A stretch of 24,474 nt of DNA from an uncultured Beijerinckiaceae bacterium (GTDB taxonomy: Bacteria > Pseudomonadota > Alphaproteobacteria > Rhizobiales > Beijerinckiaceae): NCBI GenBank assembly GCA_964247205.1, contig CAXTUM010000001.1, forward strand, positions 1 to 24,474, in the 5' to 3' direction. Within the stretch, counting starts at the first letter, position 1. Every line of letters begins with the position of its first letter. Positions 1 through 7,786 of the stretch are shown here, one piece after another. The notes beneath the pieces were generated by a model. The model did no database searches and was not told the origin of the DNA. It saw only the letters and a list, made by a program, of their open reading frames with translations. Both the position numbers and the translations under genes were made by a program.

Positions 1-361
1 CCCAGTTCGGCGCGAGCGTCAGGTTCTAGAGAATGGTGTGATGCGGTAACAGGTTGAAGTGCTGGAACACCATGCATACGTCTAGCCGGATCTCGTCGAT
101 CTTTTTCAGGTCGTTGGTGAGCTCGATGCCATCAACGATGATCGAGCCTTTCTGGTGTTCTTCCAGCCGGTTGATGCAGCGGATCATCGTGGATTTGCCC
201 GAGCCCGAAGGACCGCAGATCACCAGGCGCTCACCCTTGGCCACGGAGAGATTCACGTCCTTGAGGACATGAAAGTCACCATACCATTTGTGGACATGCT
301 TGAGGTCGACAGCGACGGCGTTCTTCAGGGCGCCGGGCTTGAAACTGATAGCTGCGGACAT
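1..361 (-). CDS. aapP: Amino-acid ABC transporter ATP-binding subunit, 3'-truncated by the window edge, with an in-frame TAG at 26-28 that is probably a base-calling error
   Basis: Walker A GPSGSGKS, Q-loop MVFQHFNL, RBS AGGAG; follows aapM. Past the TAG the frame continues NLTLAPNW, matching the family pattern ENxTLAPIW. Confidence 0.9.
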
Positions 362-373
362 GAATGGCTCTCC

Positions 374-1897
374 TTAACGCTTGTCAGCCAGGCCGAGACG
401 CTCTTCCGTGGCTTTCGCATAACGGGACATGGCGTAGCAGCAGATGAAGTAGAAGATCGCCGCGAACATGTAGCCCGTGGCGGATGTGGTGGGCGCTGCC
501 CATTTCGGATCGATGCGCGCGGCCTCGATCGTCTTGAGAAAGTCGAAGAGGCCGACGACGACAACCAGCGTCGTGTCCTTGAACAGGCCGATATAGGTGT
601 TGACGATGTTGGGGATCGTCACCTTCAGCGCCTGCGGCAAGACGATGAGCCGCATCATCTGCCAGTAGCCAAGGCCCATGGCCATCGCGCCTTCATACTG
701 GCCCTTGGGCAGGGCCTGCAGGCCGGCGCGCACCACTTCCGCCATATAGGCCGATGCGAAGATCGCGGCGGCGATGAGCGCGCGCAGCAGTTTGTCCGGC
801 GCATATTGCTCCGGCACGAAGAGCGGCAGCATGTTGGAGGCCATGAACAGCACGGTGATGAACGGCACGCCGCGCACGAACTCGATGAGGATCACCGAGA
901 ACAGCTTCACCATCGGCATCTTCGAACGGCGGCCAAGCGCCAGCAGAATGCCGCAGGGCAGCGAGAAGACGATGCCGACGGAGGCGACGATCAGCGAGAT
1001 CAGAACGCCGCCCCACAGGTTGGTGGGAACGGGTTTCAGACCTGCATCGATGCCAGTGAGACCAGCGAAAATGCCAAAGGCGACGGCAACACCCATGATG
1101 CTGATCAACGCGGTCTGGAAGTCAGCTGTGGTATAGCGGACTCGGTTTCGAAAGAGGAGCGCCGCGCCGACAGCAACCGACACCAGCAGGTCAAACCAGA
1201 AGAAGCCCCGTCCGCCCATGGCTTTTCGCAGCCCGCCGATGCCACCGTCGGTCAACAGGTCCAGCAACCAGTCGACACCGGAGAACGGCAAGGCCAGTAT
1301 CGGTCCCACAAAGGGAATGGCGCTGATTATGCTGCCGATCGTTCCAAACACACTGCTGATCGCCTTGATGAGCGCTGTGACGATGCCGATCAGCGCGTAA
1401 GCAGGCGTTCCACCAGTCAGAAGCCAATAAGAAATCAGCGGGGTAAAGACGAAGGCGAACAGAACGCCCAGGTCCCGGCGCGGTGCGTTGAGCCACAGCA
1501 CCCAGACGGCCGAGATGATCAGGAGGACGAAGAAGATCGTGGGCCTCCAGCGTTCCTCCACGGGATAGGACCCATAGACGAAATACTGGAAGCGCTCCTG
1601 CACGAAGGGCCAGCAGGCTCCCACCACGGGACGAGCATCAGTGATGATGCAGGCCTCGCGGTCCGCTCCGCTCCACACCGCCTGGAAAACCGTGAAGTTC
1701 AGCAGCGGCATGAAGATCCAGTACAGCAACAGCGCGCAGATGATGGTCATCGCGATGTTGAACGGGCTGGAAATCAGGTTCTCGCGAACCCAGCCTTGCC
1801 AGCCCGCCATGTTGGCGGGCGGAGGCAGCGCCTGCGCCGCCTCGTGACGCACGTAGTTCACCACGCTTTTGGGAGGAAGAACGGACATATCGGTCAT
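374..1897 (-). CDS. aapM: Amino-acid ABC transporter permease, long form (507 aa) with a ~120-aa internal hydrophobic insertion
   Basis: LWGGVLISL, EFVRGVP, EAA loop AYMAEVVRAGLQALPKGQYEGA, FKDTTLV; RBS GGGGAGGG; operon position. Confidence 0.93.
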   Translation of the reverse strand: MTDMSVLPPKSVVNYVRHEAAQALPPPANMAGWQGWVRENLISSPFNIAMTIICALLLYWIFMPLLNFTVFQAVWSGADREACIITDARPVVGACWPFVQERFQYFVYGSYPVEERWRPTIFFVLLIISAVWVLWLNAPRRDLGVLFAFVFTPLISYWLLTGGTPAYALIGIVTALIKAISSVFGTIGSIISAIPFVGPILALPFSGVDWLLDLLTDGGIGGLRKAMGGRGFFWFDLLVSVAVGAALLFRNRVRYTTADFQTALISIMGVAVAFGIFAGLTGIDAGLKPVPTNLWGGVLISLIVASVGIVFSLPCGILLALGRRSKMPMVKLFSVILIEFVRGVPFITVLFMASNMLPLFVPEQYAPDKLLRALIAAAIFASAYMAEVVRAGLQALPKGQYEGAMAMGLGYWQMMRLIVLPQALKVTIPNIVNTYIGLFKDTTLVVVVGLFDFLKTIEAARIDPKWAAPTTSATGYMFAAIFYFICCYAMSRYAKATEERLGLADKR

Positions 1898-1912
1898 GGT
1901 CGTGCCCTCCCC

Positions 1913-3112
1913 TTACCGTTCCACCAACGCCTTGCGGGCGTTGTACCAGTTCATCACAAGCGAGGTTGACAGCGAGATCGTGAGGTACACGAGCATGGTG
2001 ATCGCAACCACCTCGATCGCCTGGCCGGTCTGGTTGAGGACCGTGCCGGTGAAGATGTTTACAAGATCCGGATAACCGACAAAAACCGCGAGCGACGAGT
2101 TCTTGGTCAGGTTCAGGTAATGGCTCGTCAGAGGCGGGATGATGACGCGCATGGCCTGCGGGATCACCACAAGGTTCAGCGTGTTCTTCGGCTTGATGCC
2201 CAGCGCATAGGCCGCCTCGGTCTGGCCTTTCGACACTGCAAGGATACCGGCACGCACAGCTTCGGCGATGAAGGCCGCCGTGTAGATCACGAGGCCGAAG
2301 AGCAGGGCCAGGAACTCCGGCAGCACCGAGATGCCGCCGCTGATGTTGAAGCGGCTGGCGGAGGGATATTCAAACGACATCGGCATACCCGAGATCAGGA
2401 ATACCAGCAGAGGCAGGCCGAAAATCAGGCCCAGCGCCACGAGCCCGACCGGGGACTGGATACCCGTCTTCTCCTGTTTCTTCTTCGCATACATGTAGAA
2501 GAAGGCTGCGCCCAGAATGCCGAGCCAGAAGATGGCGCCGGTCAGCCAGAAATAGTCGCCGGGCACCGGATTCGGGAAGATGAGGCCGCGATTGTTGAGA
2601 TAGACACTGCCGGGGAACTTGATGCTGTCGCGCACCTCCGGCAGCGCCTTGACGACGGCGTTGTACCAGAACAGCAGCTGCAACAGCAGCGGCAGGTTGC
2701 GGATAACCTCGACATACCAGTAGGCCAGCTTCGAGACGAGAAAGTTCTTGGACAATCTGGCGATGCCGACGATGAAGCCGAGAATGGTGGCGAAGACAAT
2801 GCCGATGGAGGCCACGAGAAGCGTATTCAGCAGGCCCACCCAGAAAGCGCGGCCATAGCTGGACGATGCTTCGGAATAGAAGATGAGGGACTGGCTGATC
2901 GGAAATCCGGCATTGTTGTCCCAGAAGCCGAAGCCCGCAGCAATTTTCGCGCGCGCCAGATTTTCGCGCACGTTGCTGATGCCGGAATAGACCAGCCACA
3001 CAAGAAAGAGGCACAGCAGCGCCTGAAAGACAAAGCTGCGAACCTTCGGATCGTAGAAGGGAGAAACCTTCGGCTTCGTCTCGGCAGCGACGGACATCAC
3101 GGCATCAGTCAC
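1913..3112 (-). CDS. aapQ: Amino-acid ABC transporter permease (399 aa, GTG start)
   Basis: GLLNTLLV, RNLPLLLQL, EAA loop AFIAEAVRAGILAVSKGQTEAA, KNSSLA; RBS GAGGGGG 8 nt upstream. Confidence 0.93.
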   Translation of the reverse strand: MTDAVMSVAAETKPKVSPFYDPKVRSFVFQALLCLFLVWLVYSGISNVRENLARAKIAAGFGFWDNNAGFPISQSLIFYSEASSSYGRAFWVGLLNTLLVASIGIVFATILGFIVGIARLSKNFLVSKLAYWYVEVIRNLPLLLQLLFWYNAVVKALPEVRDSIKFPGSVYLNNRGLIFPNPVPGDYFWLTGAIFWLGILGAAFFYMYAKKKQEKTGIQSPVGLVALGLIFGLPLLVFLISGMPMSFEYPSASRFNISGGISVLPEFLALLFGLVIYTAAFIAEAVRAGILAVSKGQTEAAYALGIKPKNTLNLVVIPQAMRVIIPPLTSHYLNLTKNSSLAVFVGYPDLVNIFTGTVLNQTGQAIEVVAITMLVYLTISLSTSLVMNWYNARKALVER

Positions 3113-3185
3113 AACTGTATCCCCCTCGCAGAGTTTGACGCGTCAGGTACGACCGGCGACCCTTCGGGCTCTTCCGGATAGAAAG

Positions 3186-3213
3186 AGGGCGACGGAGGTT
3201 TCCCCGTCGCCCT
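3186..3213 (-). terminator. Stem-loop after the last aapJ copy (partial terminator or mRNA stabiliser between binding-protein and permease genes)
   Basis: Perfect 10-bp inverted repeat AGGGCGACGG / CCGTCGCCCT with an 8-nt loop, followed on the minus strand by a weak CTTTCT tract. Confidence 0.7.
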
Positions 3214-3221
3214 TGGATGTA

Positions 3222-4250
3222 TCAGCGGATCGGGGGAGCGTACTGGAGGCCGCCCTTGTTCCACAGGTTATTGAGGCCGCGGCCGATCTTCAGCGGTGAA
3301 CCGGTGCCGACCGTGCGTTCAAAGCTCTCGCCGTAATTGCCGACGTGCTTGATGATCTGGTAGGCCCAGGCATTGGACAGGCCGAATGCCTCGCCCTGCT
3401 TGCCTTCGGTGCCCAGCAGACGCTTGATGTCAGGCGTATCGGACTTCAGCCGCTCCTCGACATTGGCCTTGGTGACGCCCAGTTCTTCCGCCGTGACCAT
3501 GGCGTAGTGCGTCCACATCACGATGTCGTACCACTGATCATCACCGTGGCGCACGGCTGGCCCGAGCGGCTCTTTCGAGATGATCTCGGGCAGAACCATG
3601 TGATCGTCGGCCTTGGCCAGACGCAGGCGCTCGGCATAGAGGCCGGAAGCATCCGTCGTGAAGGCATCGCAGCGGCCGGAATCATAGGCCTTGATCGTCT
3701 CGTCGTTGGTGGCGAAGGTTACCGACTTCAATTCGAGCTTGTTGGCGCGGAAGTAGTCGGCGAGGTTCAGTTCGGTCGTGGTTCCCTGCTGCACGCAGAT
3801 CGAAGCGCCTGAAAGTTCCTTGGCGGATGCGACCTTGAGCGACTTCTTCACCAGGAAGCCCTGGCCGTCGTAATAGTTTACGGCAGCGAAGTTCAGACCC
3901 AGCGATGTATCCCGCGATGAGGTCCAGGTCGTGTTGCGCACAAGCACATCCACTTCGCCGGACTGGAGTGCTGTGAAACGGTCCTTGGCCGACAGCGGCA
4001 CGAACTTGACCTTGGTCGGATCGTTGAAGATCGCGGCGGCCATGGCGCGGCAATACTCCACGTCAAGGCCGTTCCAGTTGCCCTGGGCGTCAGGCTGGCC
4101 AAATCCGGCGAGGCCGGTGTTGGAGCCGCAATTCAGCGCGCCGCGCGCCTTGACTGCGGTCAGCGTGGCGCCGCCCTGTGCGTTTACGGCAGAGGCCATG
4201 GCAAGTGCGCCAAAGGCGACGCCTGCGAATGATGCGATGAGTTTTTTCAT
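3222..4250 (-). CDS. aapJ: Amino-acid ABC transporter substrate-binding protein, copy 1 (proximal to the permeases, 342 aa)
   Basis: Sec signal peptide; RFTALQSGEVD, RNTTWTSSRD, YYDGQGF, QGTTTELN, TTDASGL, SKEPLGP, C-terminal GGLQYAPPIR typical of AapJ/BztA. Confidence 0.95.
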   Translation of the reverse strand: MKKLIASFAGVAFGALAMASAVNAQGGATLTAVKARGALNCGSNTGLAGFGQPDAQGNWNGLDVEYCRAMAAAIFNDPTKVKFVPLSAKDRFTALQSGEVDVLVRNTTWTSSRDTSLGLNFAAVNYYDGQGFLVKKSLKVASAKELSGASICVQQGTTTELNLADYFRANKLELKSVTFATNDETIKAYDSGRCDAFTTDASGLYAERLRLAKADDHMVLPEIISKEPLGPAVRHGDDQWYDIVMWTHYAMVTAEELGVTKANVEERLKSDTPDIKRLLGTEGKQGEAFGLSNAWAYQIIKHVGNYGESFERTVGTGSPLKIGRGLNNLWNKGGLQYAPPIR

Positions 4251-4310
4251 GGGATTACCCTGAGTTTGTCCCGCGAGGCGGGAAAAGAATTTGCGATTGA
4301 TGATGCAAAG

Positions 4311-4333
4311 GCCGGGCCATTAGCCCGGCTTTT
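4311..4333 (-). terminator. Stem-loop just downstream of aapJ copy 2
   Basis: GCCGGGC-5 nt-GCCCGGC, flanked by AAAA before and CTTT after on the minus strand; U-tract weak. Confidence 0.5.
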
Positions 4334-4339
4334 GTGGTG

Positions 4340-5368
4340 TCAGCGGATTGGAGGCGCGTATTGCAGACCGCCCTTCGACCAGAGGTTGTTGAGCCCGCGT
4401 GCAATCTTGAGCTGAGAGCCGGCGCCCACGTTCTTCTCGAAGACCTCGCCGTAATTGCCGACGTGCTTGATGATCCGGTAGGCCCAGTCATTGGAAAGAC
4501 CGAGAGCTTCGCCATGCTTGCCTTCGGTGCCGAGCAGACGCTTCACGTCTGGATTGGCGGATTTCATCTGCTCGTCCACGTTGGCCTTGGTGACGCCGAG
4601 TTCTTCCGCTGTGATCATGGCATAGTGTGTCCATTTCACAATATCGAGCCACTGGTCATCACCATGACGGACCGATGGGCCAAGCGGCTCCTTCGAGATG
4701 ATCTCGGGAAGAACCATGTGGTCTTCGGGCTTCGCCATGCGCAGGCGTTCGGCATAAAGGCCGGACGCATCCGTTGTGAAGGCGTCGCAGCGGCCGCCCT
4801 CATAGGCCTTCACCGTCTCGTCGTTGGTGGCGAAGGTGACGGCCTTGAGCTGAATTTTGCTGGCGCGGAAATAGTCGGCCAGGTTGAGCTCGGTCGTCGT
4901 TCCCTGCTGCACGCAGACCGATGCGCCGTTCAGCTCGAGCGCGGAGGCGATTTTCGCGCCCTTTTTGACGATGAAGCCTTGGCCGTCATAATAGTTCACC
5001 CCGGCGAAGTTCATGCCGAGCGAGCTGTCGCGCGAGGATGTCCATGTCGTGTTGCGCGACAGGACATCGATTTCGCCGGACTGGAGCGCGGTGAAGCGGT
5101 CCTTGGCCGACAGCGATACGAATTTGACCTTGGCAGGATCATTGAACAGCGCCGCCGAGACTGCACGGCACATGTCAACATCGAGGCCGGTCCAGTTGCC
5201 CTGCGCGTCAGGCAGGCCGAAACCGGCAAGGCCGGTTCCTGAACCGCAGTTCAGCACGCCGCGCGCCTTCACCTGGTCCAGGGTCGAGGTCTTTGCCTGC
5301 GCCATGGCGCCGGTGGCGGCAAAAGCGCCAAGGGCACCCAGAGCCAGGCTCTTGAAGATGGATTTCAT
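4340..5368 (-). CDS. aapJ: Amino-acid ABC transporter substrate-binding protein, copy 2 (342 aa)
   Basis: Same motifs as copy 1; about 82% identical to copy 1 over residues 29-342 by manual count (56 differences in 314). Confidence 0.95.
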   Translation of the reverse strand: MKSIFKSLALGALGAFAATGAMAQAKTSTLDQVKARGVLNCGSGTGLAGFGLPDAQGNWTGLDVDMCRAVSAALFNDPAKVKFVSLSAKDRFTALQSGEIDVLSRNTTWTSSRDSSLGMNFAGVNYYDGQGFIVKKGAKIASALELNGASVCVQQGTTTELNLADYFRASKIQLKAVTFATNDETVKAYEGGRCDAFTTDASGLYAERLRMAKPEDHMVLPEIISKEPLGPSVRHGDDQWLDIVKWTHYAMITAEELGVTKANVDEQMKSANPDVKRLLGTEGKHGEALGLSNDWAYRIIKHVGNYGEVFEKNVGAGSQLKIARGLNNLWSKGGLQYAPPIR

Positions 5369-5495
5369 GGTCCGAATATCTCCCGATCACGGTTCTCGGA
5401 GCGGAACTCTCCGGAACCCATTGTTTCGCATTTCCAAACCCGCATGGTTTCACTTGGAAAGCCATTCACGGAATTGATCATGCGTATCTAGCGTC

Positions 5496-5529
5496 TGCAT
5501 AACAAGCGACAAGGCGCGGCATGGTCAAG
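5496..5529 (-). promoter_or_regulatory. Possible internal sigma70-type promoter upstream of aapJ copy 2
   Basis: CTTGAC -35 hexamer at 5529-5524 in a 191-bp gap; no canonical -10 at 17-18 bp, so weak. Confidence 0.25.
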
Positions 5530-5559
5530 TTGTTTTCGTTTGTACGGGACAAATCTGGC

Positions 5560-6588
5560 TCAACGGATGGGCGGTGCGTATTGCAGACCGCCTTCCGTCC
5601 ACAGGTTATTGAGCTTGCGGTTCATGCCCAGAGGCGACGAACGGCCCAGGTTCTTCTCGAAGACCTCGCCGTAATTCCCGACCTTGCGGATGATGCGGTA
5701 GGCCCAGTCATTGGTCAGGCCCAGAGTCTCTCCATGCTTGCCGTCCAGGCCCAGAAGGCGCTGGATCTCGGGGTTTGATGATTTCAGGGCGAGATCGATG
5801 CTCTTGCGGTCTACGCCCAGCTCTTCCGCCGTCACCATGGCGAAATGCGTCCATCGGACGATGTCGAGCCACTGGTCATCGCCGTGACGCACGACAGGGC
5901 CGAGCGGCTCCTTCGAGATGACCTCTGGCAGGATGACATGCTGTTCCGCCGCAAGCAGGCGCAGACGCTCGGCGTAGAGCGCGGAGGCATCCGTCGTCAT
6001 CACGGCGCATTTGCCCTCCTCATAGGCTTTCACCATTTCGCGGTTGCTGGAGGCGGAAACCGTCGTCAGCTGCATCTTGTTGACGCGGAAGTAATCCATG
6101 AGGTTGAGTTCCGACGTGGTGCCGCGCTCCACGCAGACCGTCGCGCCCGACAGTTCCAGCGCCGAGGTGATTTTCGCCTTGCGATGGACCATGAAGCCCT
6201 GCCCGTCGTAATAAGTGATGCCCGCGAAATTCAGCCCCATCGTGGTATCGCGGGAGGATGTCCAGGTCGTGTTGCGGGCCAGCACGTCGATCTCGCCCGA
6301 CTGCAGGACCTGAAAGCGCTCCACCGTCGTCAAGGGAAAGAATTTCACCCTGGCCGGGTCGTCGAAAATCGCCGCCGCAAGCGCCCGGCAGAAATCGACG
6401 TCAAAGCCGATCCAGTTCCCGCCGGACATCGGGATGCTGAAGCCCATCTGCCCGCCATCCGCCCCGCAATGCAGCAAACCGCGCGCCTTCACCGTCTGAA
6501 GGGTTGATATTCTGGATTGCCCGGCACTTTCCGTCGGCAGACTGACGGTCAGCAGGGCCAGAATGAGCCCGGCGCAGAAAGTTCTCAT
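5560..6588 (-). CDS. aapJ: Amino-acid ABC transporter substrate-binding protein, copy 3 (visibly the most divergent, 342 aa)
   Basis: Colinear with the other copies; RNTTWTSSRD, YYDGQGF, SKEPLGP, GGLQYAPPIR kept; RBS GGGAGGGAG. Confidence 0.92.
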   Translation of the reverse strand: MRTFCAGLILALLTVSLPTESAGQSRISTLQTVKARGLLHCGADGGQMGFSIPMSGGNWIGFDVDFCRALAAAIFDDPARVKFFPLTTVERFQVLQSGEIDVLARNTTWTSSRDTTMGLNFAGITYYDGQGFMVHRKAKITSALELSGATVCVERGTTSELNLMDYFRVNKMQLTTVSASSNREMVKAYEEGKCAVMTTDASALYAERLRLLAAEQHVILPEVISKEPLGPVVRHGDDQWLDIVRWTHFAMVTAEELGVDRKSIDLALKSSNPEIQRLLGLDGKHGETLGLTNDWAYRIIRKVGNYGEVFEKNLGRSSPLGMNRKLNNLWTEGGLQYAPPIR

Positions 6589-6612
6589 GGTGTCTCCCTC
6601 CCAGAGGACACG

Positions 6613-7641
6613 TCACCGAATGGGCGGCGCATATTGCAGACCGCCCTTGTTCCAGAGTGCGTTAAGCCCGCGTTCGATCTTCAGTTGCGATCCAGACCCG
6701 ATATTGCGCTCGAAGCTCTCGCCGTAGTTCCCGATATGCTTGATGATCTGGTAAGCCCAGGCATTGGAAAGACCAAGCGCCTCGCCGTGCTTGCCTTCGG
6801 TGCCCAGCAGGCGCTTCACATCAGGATTGGCGGACTTCAGCTGCTCATCGACATTGGCTTTGGTCACACCCAGCTCCTCTGCCGTGATCAGGGCGTATTG
6901 CACCCATTTCACGATATCGAACCATTGATCATCGCCATGACGGACAGCAGCCGCGAGCGGTTCTTTCGAGATGATCTCGGGGAGCACGATGTGATCGTTG
7001 ACATTGGCCATCTTCAGCCGCTCGGCATAGAGACCGGACATGTCAGTCGTGAAGCTGTCGCAGCGGCCAGCCTCATAGGCCTTGACGGATTCCTCGCCGG
7101 ACGGAAAGGCCACGGATTTCAGCTGCATGTTGTTGCTGCGGAAATAATCCGCCAGATTCAATTCGCTGGTCGAGCCCTGATTGACGCAGATCGTCGCCCC
7201 CGATAGCTCCTTGGCTGACTTGGTGCCGGAAGATTTGCGCACCATGAAACCCTGCCCGTCATAATAGTTCACGGGCGCGAAGTTGAACCCGAGCGACGTA
7301 TCGCGCGACGATGTCCAGGTCACGTTGCGCGGCAGAATATCGACTTCGCCTGATTGCAGCGTGGTGAAACGATTGACCGATGATGTCGCAATGAAGCGGG
7401 CTTTGGTCGGATCGTTGAAAATCGCGGCAGCTATGGCGCGGCAGTAATCGACATCCATGCCGCTCCAGTTGCCTTGCTGATCGGGAACGCTGAAGCCAGG
7501 AAGGCCCACGTTCGCGCCGCAGACGACCAGTCCGCGCTGCTTGACGGTGTCCAGCGTCGGCGCGCGGTTCTGCGCCGATGCGGTACCAGCCCATCCAAGA
7601 GCCAGTCCCGCAGCTGCCATTGCAGCAATTTTTGTTTTCAT
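6613..7641 (-). CDS. aapJ: Amino-acid ABC transporter substrate-binding protein, copy 4 (promoter-proximal); start moved to MKTKIAA, giving 342 aa
   Basis: GGAGGG RBS before the ATG at 7641; signal peptide ending ASA-Q; same core motifs. The 12-aa extension to 7677 in the ORF track is unlikely. Confidence 0.93.
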   Translation of the reverse strand: MKTKIAAMAAAGLALGWAGTASAQNRAPTLDTVKQRGLVVCGANVGLPGFSVPDQQGNWSGMDVDYCRAIAAAIFNDPTKARFIATSSVNRFTTLQSGEVDILPRNVTWTSSRDTSLGFNFAPVNYYDGQGFMVRKSSGTKSAKELSGATICVNQGSTSELNLADYFRSNNMQLKSVAFPSGEESVKAYEAGRCDSFTTDMSGLYAERLKMANVNDHIVLPEIISKEPLAAAVRHGDDQWFDIVKWVQYALITAEELGVTKANVDEQLKSANPDVKRLLGTEGKHGEALGLSNAWAYQIIKHIGNYGESFERNIGSGSQLKIERGLNALWNKGGLQYAPPIR

Positions 7642-7786
7642 CAAAGTGCCCTCCAGCAACCGGCCAACCGCCAGCATCCCTCAATCCCGATCATAGACAC
7701 GATCACAATCATTGATCCAGCCAGACTTGACGCAATACGCCAGACAAGGGCTGATAGAACCGGATTCCCTCAGAAAGTTCGCTTCC

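Noticed and set aside
155-1969. 604-aa plus-strand ORF and similar long antisense ORFs (2120-3181, 4334-5242, 7709-8683, 9742-10719, 10762-11946, 12428-13330, 19158-20498)
   Set aside because: Shadow frames opposite well-supported genes in GC-rich DNA; no recognisable motifs or RBS.
3222-7641. ~1.1-kb periodic repeats as a possible CRISPR array, mobile element or recent gene conversion
   Set aside because: They are protein-coding paralogs; even the most similar protein segments differ at many synonymous positions, and there are no spacers or terminal repeats.
7642-7786. Search for NtrC or sigma54 sites in the aapJ-metC divergent spacer
   Set aside because: No TGCAC-N-GTGCA dyad or properly spaced GG-N10-GC element; a CTTGAC hexamer is present but without a well-spaced -10.
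7642-7786. Divergent metC next to aapJ as a novelty
   Set aside because: Already known synteny in rhizobia.
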